Source: an uncultured Desulfatitalea sp. (GTDB lineage Bacteria; Desulfobacterota; Desulfobacteria; Desulfobacterales; Desulfosarcinaceae). Taken from it: a stretch of 64,000 nucleotides of DNA. Shown piece by piece: positions 57,567 to 64,000 of the stretch. The notes under the pieces were generated by a model, which had not been told where the DNA came from, did no database searches, and saw only the letters and a program-made list of their open reading frames with translations. The position numbers were made by a program, and so were the translations under genes. The number at the start of each line of letters is the position of its first letter. Positions within the stretch are counted from its first letter, which is position 1. The stretch lies in assembly GCA_963668675.2 (NCBI GenBank), contig CAXXMB010000001.1:640001-704000 (forward strand). Reading direction: 5' to 3'.

Positions 57567-59540
57567 CTACACCTTGAATTTTCCAACTGTTGCGTCGAGC
57601 TGGGAGGCCAGCTTAGACAGCTGTTCGGCATTGATGCTGACCTGGGAACTGCTGTTGGACATTTCGCCCGCCGCCTGGGTCACCTCCGAGATCTCCCTGG
57701 CGATGTCGGCTGAGACCGTGTTGCTCTGTCCGACATTGAGATTGACATCGCCGATACCCTGGGATGCTTGGGCCACGTTGCCCGCGATCTCTTTGGTTGT
57801 CGTGGATTGCTCCTCGACGGCAGCCGCAATTTTGGAGACGATGTCATTGACCTCGTTGACCACCTCGGTGATGTTGTTGATCTGGACCACGGTCACCTGG
57901 GTCGACGATTGGATGGACGAAACCTGACGTTTGATTTCGCCGGTGGCAGTGGCCGTCTGCTGCGCCAGTTCCTTGATCTCGTTGGCCACAACGGCAAAAC
58001 CCTTTCCGGCCTCGCCCGCACGGGCCGCCTCGATGGTGGCGTTGAGGGCCAGCAGGTTGACCTGTTCGGAGATGTCGGTGATGGTCTCCACCACTTTGCC
58101 GATCTCCTGGGCGGCGCGGCCGAGTTCATCGACCTGGCCGGAGGCGCCTTCGGCGTGGGTGACAGCATTGTTGGTCACGCCTCGGGCCTTTTCGGTGCTT
58201 TGGGCGATCTCACTGATGGTGACGCTCATCTCTTCGGTGGCCGAGGCCACCATATTGATATTGGTCGCCGCCTCATCCATGGTGCCCGCCACGGTTTCCA
58301 TGTTGGCGCTCATCTCTTCAGAGGCCGAGGCCACCGACTGGGCGCGCTGGGTCGTCTGGTCCGCTCCGCCGGAGAGCGCCGCCGATATGTCGTACAGTTC
58401 GGTTCCGGATTGCTTCAATTGGGCCGCGTTATCGGCAACCTCTTTGATGATGTCCTGCATTCGTTCGGTAAAAAGATTGAACCACTTGGCCAGATCACCT
58501 ACCTCGTCCTGACTGCTGACAGTGATCCGTTTGGTCAGGTCGCCTTCACCCTCGGCAGCATCCTTGAGGCCGGCCACCACATCGTTGATCGGTTTGGCCA
58601 CGGAGTTGCTGATCATGAAGATGATCAACGCGGCCGTCAGTACGGATAGAAGCGTGGCCACCAAACTGATCTTGCCAATCTTCCGTGCCGGTGCCAGCAC
58701 CTCGTCCAAGTGAATCGTGATGGCCACCTTCCACGGCATTGCGTCCAACTGTTTAAAAGCAGCCCATTTGGAGATTCCGCCAAATTCATAGGTGTACATG
58801 CCCTCATCTATGCCCTTCCAATCATCGAAACCCGGACTTTTGCTCAGATCGAAATTGAGCTCCATTTCCCGGTTGGGGTGGGCAATTATTCGTCCTGTGG
58901 CTTCGTATAGATAGGCGCGGCCGGTCTCGCCCACCTTGATTTGGTCGATAAACAGCGCGTCGACACTGGCGATCTCGATGATCCCCAACAGCACGCCGGT
59001 CACCGTCTCCTTTTCAGTGATTTGGGCGGCCAGAATCATTTCCGGCTTGCCGCTCTCAGGGTTCTTTTGCAGGTGGATGACAAACGGCTCACCGCCCATG
59101 ATCGCGTTGAAATAAGGCTGTTCCTTGACATCCAGTTTTCCGACCACGCTGGTATCCGCGGCAGACGTGATCCGACCTTTGGCATTGGCCAGGCAGACGT
59201 TGCTGTAGTAGCCGTAGCCCTCTTTGAGTTTGGCCAGTTGTCCGCTGGCCGAAGATGCCGCTGCTTTGCCCATGAAAGAGTCCTGCACGGCCGTGACGTA
59301 GATCTTCTGTTTGGCCCAGTTCTGCACATCAAGAGTGCGGTCGTTGAGCCAACGGTCCAGCATCTGGGAGGCCAGACCGATTGTTTTTTGAAGGTCCTTG
59401 ACCGCCGTATCGCTCAGGGTGTCTTTGGATGAGACGTACGAGATCGTAGAAGAGATGCCCATGCCCAGCAGTATCAGCAGCACCGTGGGGATCAGGAATT
59501 TATTGCGCAATTTCAGCTTGTTCCAAATGTTGCCCATCAT
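57567..59540 (-). CDS. Methyl-accepting chemotaxis protein (dCache-like sensor, HAMP, signalling domain)
   Basis: Two TMs, GEGDLTKRI...[43 protein letters not shown]. Confidence 0.96.
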   Translation of the reverse strand: MMGNIWNKLKLRNKFLIPTVLLILLGMGISSTISYVSSKDTLSDTAVKDLQKTIGLASQMLDRWLNDRTLDVQNWAKQKIYVTAVQDSFMGKAAASSASGQLAKLKEGYGYYSNVCLANAKGRITSAADTSVVGKLDVKEQPYFNAIMGGEPFVIHLQKNPESGKPEMILAAQITEKETVTGVLLGIIEIASVDALFIDQIKVGETGRAYLYEATGRIIAHPNREMELNFDLSKSPGFDDWKGIDEGMYTYEFGGISKWAAFKQLDAMPWKVAITIHLDEVLAPARKIGKISLVATLLSVLTAALIIFMISNSVAKPINDVVAGLKDAAEGEGDLTKRITVSSQDEVGDLAKWFNLFTERMQDIIKEVADNAAQLKQSGTELYDISAALSGGADQTTQRAQSVASASEEMSANMETVAGTMDEAATNINMVASATEEMSVTISEIAQSTEKARGVTNNAVTHAEGASGQVDELGRAAQEIGKVVETITDISEQVNLLALNATIEAARAGEAGKGFAVVANEIKELAQQTATATGEIKRQVSSIQSSTQVTVVQINNITEVVNEVNDIVSKIAAAVEEQSTTTKEIAGNVAQASQGIGDVNLNVGQSNTVSADIAREISEVTQAAGEMSNSSSQVSINAEQLSKLASQLDATVGKFKV

Positions 59541-59671
59541 ATTTCTCCCAAATTAAATCCAGTAACACATTCGTTGTAAATTATAAAAGAGCGATGACGC
59601 CACGTTAAAAACTCCGGCGCCATCTCCCATGTCAATCATCCGTTGCAATCTGTTAAATATCTTTACTTGAA

Positions 59672-60670
59672 CTACTCCTCATAGACCGCCTCGGCCGTGG
59701 AGAGGATATCGTAGGGGATATCGATCTTAGCGGTTTGGGCTGTCTTTACATTGACCACCAGTTTGCCTTTGGTGCTCGAGAGATAAGGGATCTCTTTGGG
59801 GGCGGTACCGTCTAATATCTTAGCCGCCAATTCGGCTGCGGCAAGACCTATGGCTTGCTCCGACGTCACGATCGCAAATAGAGCACCGGCTTTCACATCA
59901 GATTCCGTAGCGGCAATGACCGGTACTTTGGCATTGTCTACGGTCCAACGCGTTATTTCCTCTCGGGACAACACCTTGTCACCTTGAGTGATACGGCTCG
60001 TATCAGCCAGGTAGATGAAATCCTCGGGAAAGCTATCAACCGCAGCTTTCCACTCATCGAACGTGTTGAGAAGATACATCTCTTTGTAGCGCACTCCCGA
60101 ACCCGCCTCCAATTTATCGGCCATTGCCGAGAGATACTTTCGGACACCGCGCATGGACGTGCCGTCTTTGCTCAGGAGCGCCACTGTTTTGGCGCCAAGA
60201 ATTTTTTGAGCCATGCCCCAGATATCCACGGCATAGGAGCGACGGAGAACACCGGTTACATTGTCCTTCGGCATTCCCAATGTTTGAGGTTTTCCGAATA
60301 TATAAGCGAAAACGACCGGAACACTATCGATTCTGGAGCCGACAAATTTAAGGCAGTTGTCATTCAATGTGATGATAAGATCCGGTTTCGCGGCAAGGGC
60401 CTTTTCAATCGCTTTATCGCCGGCGGCATTTTTTTCCTCATCTGATTTCAAACTATCTATTTCGAGATATTGAAATTCCGGCTCGATGCCTATGGTGGCC
60501 AGCCCCTCTCTAATCCCGCTATAAACCAACTCATAGTTGCCTATCTTCTTTGCTTCCGTCTCGGTTACACCATTAATTACGAGCACTTTCTTTGCAGCCA
60601 GCGCGTTGCCGGCAAAAAGGGAAACCATGAGAATGCAAGCCATGAGACATACGAATTTAAAGCGTTTCAT
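59672..60670 (-). CDS. Orphan periplasmic solute-binding protein (ABC_sub_bind-like)
   Basis: Signal peptide ending ALA; KPDLIIT, PVVF, NVTGV, AAKILDG..P.EIP, LVVNVKTA...IDIP..IL; AGGAG RBS. Confidence 0.85.
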   Translation of the reverse strand: MKRFKFVCLMACILMVSLFAGNALAAKKVLVINGVTETEAKKIGNYELVYSGIREGLATIGIEPEFQYLEIDSLKSDEEKNAAGDKAIEKALAAKPDLIITLNDNCLKFVGSRIDSVPVVFAYIFGKPQTLGMPKDNVTGVLRRSYAVDIWGMAQKILGAKTVALLSKDGTSMRGVRKYLSAMADKLEAGSGVRYKEMYLLNTFDEWKAAVDSFPEDFIYLADTSRITQGDKVLSREEITRWTVDNAKVPVIAATESDVKAGALFAIVTSEQAIGLAAAELAAKILDGTAPKEIPYLSSTKGKLVVNVKTAQTAKIDIPYDILSTAEAVYEE

Positions 60671-60830
60671 TGATACTTCTCCTTTGGGTATGTGTTGATT
60701 TCCGATCCAGTTCTTGGTTCGTTTCAATTATTTTATCAGCGCGAGCTCCCTCCCAAGTGGATCAGGTTGACTCGCCGCAGATGAATGTATCCTCCCGCAC
60801 AGATTCCGTTAAGACCCTGTCATATTTTTG

Positions 60831-60857
60831 ATATCGACTGGCGGGAACCAAACTTTA
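60831..60857 (-). promoter_or_regulatory. Sigma-28 (FliA) promoter upstream of the solute-binding protein and MCP
   Basis: Minus strand TAAAGTTT-ggttcccgcca-GTCGATAT: exact -35, 11-bp spacer, -10 matching 6/8. Confidence 0.75.
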
Positions 60858-60961
60858 GAGCTATGTCGAAAAATTCGATGGGGACTGAAGCGGTCATTAA
60901 ATACGAAAAATTTTCGGGAGGGAAGGGGTGGCGTTTTAAAGGACAAGGGAACAAAAATGCG

Positions 60962-61004
60962 ACGGCCGATAACGTCAATCTGTGAAACAGACGCTGTCGG
61001 CCGT
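60962..61004 (-). terminator. Hairpin downstream of the lipoprotein gene
   Basis: ACGGCCGATAACGTC / GACGCTGTCGGCCGT imperfect inverted repeat; T-run a few nt downstream on the minus strand. Confidence 0.5.
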
Positions 61005-61033
61005 TTTAAATGCTTTGGCTTTCGAAGAGGGTT

Positions 61034-61471
61034 TTAGTAGTCTATTTTATTTGATTTTTTCTGTTCGTCGTTCCAGCGCTTATACTCTTGCCAGCGTTTC
61101 CACTCCAGGAACTCCTGGTAATCCTGGGAGCCTTTCTGGGAGCGCTTCCACTCCTGGAAGGCGGCGAAATCCTCTTGGTCTTTTTTCCACTCTTGGAACT
61201 GGTGAAAGGATTCGCCCTCTTCGGAGGTAGGTGCGGGTTCGGTCTGGGCGCTAACCGTTTTTTCCATCTTTTGATCAGACTCAGCAGCTACTTCACGCTT
61301 TTTATTAGAGTCATAGACGGTGAACTCCCCCTTCTCCTTTGTAAAGAGTCCAGGCCCTTTTGGAATTTCGGTGTCCGGATGATAATCAAAGGGTTTTACT
61401 TTGGCGCAACCCATGATCAGGAGCAATCCGGCAATGCCTGTGAGCATGGTAAATAGCAATCGCTTTTTCAT
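61034..61471 (-). CDS. Small lipoprotein with repeated F.EWK motifs
   Basis: MKKR-hydrophobic-IMGC lipobox; GPGLFT...GEF; FQEWKK, FQEWKR, FLEWKR. Confidence 0.75.
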   Translation of the reverse strand: MKKRLLFTMLTGIAGLLLIMGCAKVKPFDYHPDTEIPKGPGLFTKEKGEFTVYDSNKKREVAAESDQKMEKTVSAQTEPAPTSEEGESFHQFQEWKKDQEDFAAFQEWKRSQKGSQDYQEFLEWKRWQEYKRWNDEQKKSNKIDY

Positions 61472-61652
61472 TGTGTCATCCAATTAAGGTTCATTGCAGT
61501 GTGCCTGCTTTGCCTGGTTGGTCCATCTCGGTTTGCAGGATCAATTGAACATGTGTGGACATACCAAAAAACAGAGATGGTGAAAACGGTTTTTTAGATT
61601 ATAAAAGCCCTTGCGTGGCTTGTCACGTTTATTTCAAAACGATTTCCTCCAT

Positions 61653-62696
61653 CTATAGCCCCTTCAGTTGATCATTGGCACTGAGGATCAACTCTTCCGT
61701 CATCTCCCAGGAGATACAGGCATCGGTTATTGAAACACCGTACTGCATGGTATTCAAATCACCACTGTTTTTCTGTTGCCCCTCGTTGAGGTTGCTTTCC
61801 AGCATCATGCCGACAATAGCCGCGTTTCCAGCGGCGCGCTGGCTGATGACATCCTTCCAGACCACTGCCTGTTCCTTATATTTTTTGCGTGAGTTCGAGT
61901 GTGAGCAATCCACCACAATGCCTGCCGTCAGCTCTTTTTCAGCGAGCATGTCCAGCACTTCGCGGATGCTTACAGAGTCGTAATTTGGCCGTTTGCCGCC
62001 CCTCAGGACAAGATGGGCGAAGGTGTTTCCCAGTGTGTCGACGATACTGGCCTGGCCATATTGGTCGATGCCCAGGAAGTGCTGGGGTGATCGGGCCGCG
62101 ATCATTGCGTTGAGGGCCACTTTCAAATTGCCGTCCGTGCCGTTTTTGAAGCCGACAGGCATGGAGAGGCCACTGGCCATCTCACGGTGGGTCTGGGATT
62201 CGGTCGTTCGGGCACCGATCGCCGCCCAGCATACCAGACCGGCAATGTATTGGGGGATAAACGGGTCGAGCAGTTCAGTAGCGGTTGGAAGCCCCATCTC
62301 GGTGATTTGTCCCAGGAGGTGCCTCGCTTTTCTCAGCCCGTTTACGATATCGTAGGTGCCGTCCAGGTGTGGATCGTTGATCAAGCCTTTCCATCCCACG
62401 GTGGTGCGGGGTTTTTCGAAATAGACCCGCATCACGAGATAGAGCGTATCCTTGACGCGCCCCTGGAGATCCCGGAGTCGCTGGGCATACTCCATGGCAG
62501 CCGCCTCATCATGGATGGAACAAGGACCCGTGATCACCATGAGGCGTTTGTCGTTCTGGTCAATGATCTCTTGAATGGTCTGCCGCCCCTGAACAACTGT
62601 CTCAGCGGACGCTGTTGCAATCGGCTGCTCCTCTTTGAATGCTTCGGGGGAAATCAGAGGGGTGAAATCTTTGATGCGTACATCGTAGGTCTTCAT
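61653..62696 (-). CDS. Class I-alpha DAHP synthase (AroF/AroG type)
   Basis: GPCSIHD, MRVYFEKPRTTVGWKGLINDP, IGARTTESQTHRE, DCSHSNS, YGVSITDAC. Confidence 0.96.
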   Translation of the reverse strand: MKTYDVRIKDFTPLISPEAFKEEQPIATASAETVVQGRQTIQEIIDQNDKRLMVITGPCSIHDEAAAMEYAQRLRDLQGRVKDTLYLVMRVYFEKPRTTVGWKGLINDPHLDGTYDIVNGLRKARHLLGQITEMGLPTATELLDPFIPQYIAGLVCWAAIGARTTESQTHREMASGLSMPVGFKNGTDGNLKVALNAMIAARSPQHFLGIDQYGQASIVDTLGNTFAHLVLRGGKRPNYDSVSIREVLDMLAEKELTAGIVVDCSHSNSRKKYKEQAVVWKDVISQRAAGNAAIVGMMLESNLNEGQQKNSGDLNTMQYGVSITDACISWEMTEELILSANDQLKGL

Positions 62697-62755
62697 CTTC
62701 CATCTCCTTCAAACGGTTGGCTTAATCGATTCACCATCACTTGTATAAAAAATGC

Positions 62756-62788
62756 AAAAAAAAAGCCGCAGGCTTGTGGCCTGCGGCT
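62756..62788 (-). terminator. Attenuator terminator upstream of the DAHP synthase gene
   Basis: mRNA A-GCCGCAGGC-CACAA-GCCUGCGGC-U9, about 60 nt before the start codon. Confidence 0.9.
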
Positions 62789-62809
62789 ATTGGCTGTATA
62801 CGATCAGCG

Positions 62810-62899
62810 TCAACGCACCCCAGGCAGGCCGCTGCTAAAATAAAAGTAGTAGCTATAAAAGTAAGGCGTGTCGGTAATGTATGGTGTGTTTCGCTTCAT
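62810..62899 (-). CDS. Tyr/Phe-rich attenuator leader peptide, MKRNTPYITDTPYFYSYYFYFSSGLPGVR (29 aa)
   Basis: Translated by hand; 8 of 9 consecutive codons are Tyr/Phe; ends just upstream of the terminator; below the ORF-track length cut-off. Confidence 0.85.
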   Translation of the reverse strand: MKRNTPYITDTPYFYSYYFYFSSGLPGVR

Positions 62900-62927
62900 G
62901 GTATCGATTGGTATTTAAGTTTTTCAG

Positions 62928-62956
62928 AAAATAGCGGCTATCTCGGATGATGTCAA
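62928..62956 (-). promoter_or_regulatory. Putative sigma-70 promoter for the leader and DAHP synthase
   Basis: Minus strand TTGACA-N17-TATTTT. Confidence 0.55.
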
Positions 62957-63109
62957 CGGAATTTATTGACAGCTCAGGCCACGGTCGCAAACAACATTAC
63001 GATTCAGTTAGTTTTTTAATTTTTTGTTTACTTTAAATCGACGCATGGATAACCTTAGCCTCTAAAAACAGGTGCCATTTCATCCATTTATCCATAAGGA
63101 GTTACTTTT

Positions 63110-64000
63110 ATGAAACTTTGTTGCAAACGCCATGCGGCTTTGATGATGGCCTTGGTAGGCGTTCTCATGATTCCTTTGTCGGCCTTCGGTGCAGCCGAAA
63201 AATCCGTCGCCAAACCTGCCAACGTCGCCACGGTTAACGGCAAAGCCATATCTTATGAGGATTTCGAGAATGAGTTGACCCTCTACAAGCAGCGCATGCA
63301 GGCCCAGGGAATGCAGATTCCAGAACAGCTGCAGGGACAGGTCCGCTCTGAGGTGCTCGATCAGCTTATCGGTCGTGAGCTGATCTATCAGGCGAGTAAA
63401 AAGAGCGGTGTCAAGGTCGATACGGCAAAAGTGGAACAGGAGTTGGCCGCCATCAAACAGCGTTTTCCAGACCAGAAAAAGTTTGAAGAGGCGCTGGGTA
63501 AAATGAACCTCAGCGAGGAGAAGCTGAGGAACCAAATCACCGAGCGCAGCATGATTCGATCCTTCATCGAAAAGGAGATCGTCTCTAAAATTGAAGTGAC
63601 CGACGAAGAGGCCAAGTCTTTTTATGAAAAGAATCCCAATTACTTCAAACGTCCCGAAGAGGTGCATGCGCAGCATATCCTCATCAAGTCGAGTGAAGGG
63701 GACGATGATACAAAAAAATCAGAGTCACGCAAGGAGCTGATGGAGATCAAAAAACGCGCCGATGCCGGAGAGGACTTCAGCGAACTGGCCAAGGCCCACT
63801 CCCAGGGGCCGAGTGCGACCAATGGCGGCGACCTGGGCTACTTTTCCAAGGGTAAAATGGTACCACCCTTTGAGAAGGCGGCTTTCGCACTCGAGCCCAA
63901 TGAAATGAGCGATATCGTTGAAACACGATTCGGCTACCATCTGATCAAGGTGCTGGACCGGCGTGAGGCGTCGACGGTGAGCTTCGATGAGGCGCAGGCG
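63110..64000 (+). CDS. Parvulin-type peptidyl-prolyl isomerase (SurA/PrsA-like), runs off the window end
   Basis: Not in the ORF track; ATG after AAGGAG; signal peptide, VATVNGKAI, VHAQHILIK, GEDFSELAKAHS, GGDLGYF, ETRFGYHLIKV. Confidence 0.92.
   Translation, partial: MKLCCKRHAALMMALVGVLMIPLSAFGAAEKSVAKPANVATVNGKAISYEDFENELTLYKQRMQAQGMQIPEQLQGQVRSEVLDQLIGRELIYQASKKSGVKVDTAKVEQELAAIKQRFPDQKKFEEALGKMNLSEEKLRNQITERSMIRSFIEKEIVSKIEVTDEEAKSFYEKNPNYFKRPEEVHAQHILIKSSEGDDDTKKSESRKELMEIKKRADAGEDFSELAKAHSQGPSATNGGDLGYFSKGKMVPPFEKAAFALEPNEMSDIVETRFGYHLIKVLDRREASTVSFDEAQA

Noticed and set aside
60946..60972. Perfect GCCGATAA on the plus strand as another sigma-28 site
   Set aside because: No matching -35, it lies within a hairpin, and it points at no gene
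63080..63676. 198-aa minus-strand ORF
   Set aside because: Shadow of the plus-strand PPIase starting at 63110

Overview
A 64 kb bacterial chromosomal segment. Gene content and protein style suggest a deltaproteobacterium (Desulfobacterales-like); this is inference and no search was run. Most of it is housekeeping: ruvAB, rplM-rpsI, an Opp/Dpp peptide ABC operon, larE-like, lolC/E-like, rhlB, thiL, a MocR regulator with its aminotransferase, tRNA-Arg(UCU), rpoH-like sigma factor, mrp, mutS, an AMIN amidase, a crotonase, paaK-ACT, a GAF-PilB/GspE ATPase, an M48 peptidase, queH, yggS, maf, an MCP, a DAHP synthase and a partial PPIase. The main candidate for an undescribed system is a 10.4 kb divergent locus at 24171-34603. 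One arm encodes a polysaccharide-deacetylase lipoprotein, a LysM/TPR lipoprotein, a double-FHA protein and a single-chain TssB-TssC (T6SS sheath-like) fusion. The other arm encodes two Ser/Thr kinases of opposite topology, a PP2C phosphatase and a secreted trypsin-like protease. No hcp, vgrG, tssJLM, baseplate or clpV genes lie in the window. Elements missing from the ORF track include a Tyr/Phe-rich leader peptide with terminator and antiterminator upstream of the DAHP synthase (62756-62899), a near-consensus sigma-28 promoter ahead of an orphan solute-binding protein plus MCP, a second weaker sigma-28 site ahead of the GAF-PilB gene, and a MITE/REP-like element (50468-50596). A membrane protein with a histone-H1-like basic N-terminus (11716-13119) also stands out. 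All family calls come from motif recognition by eye.
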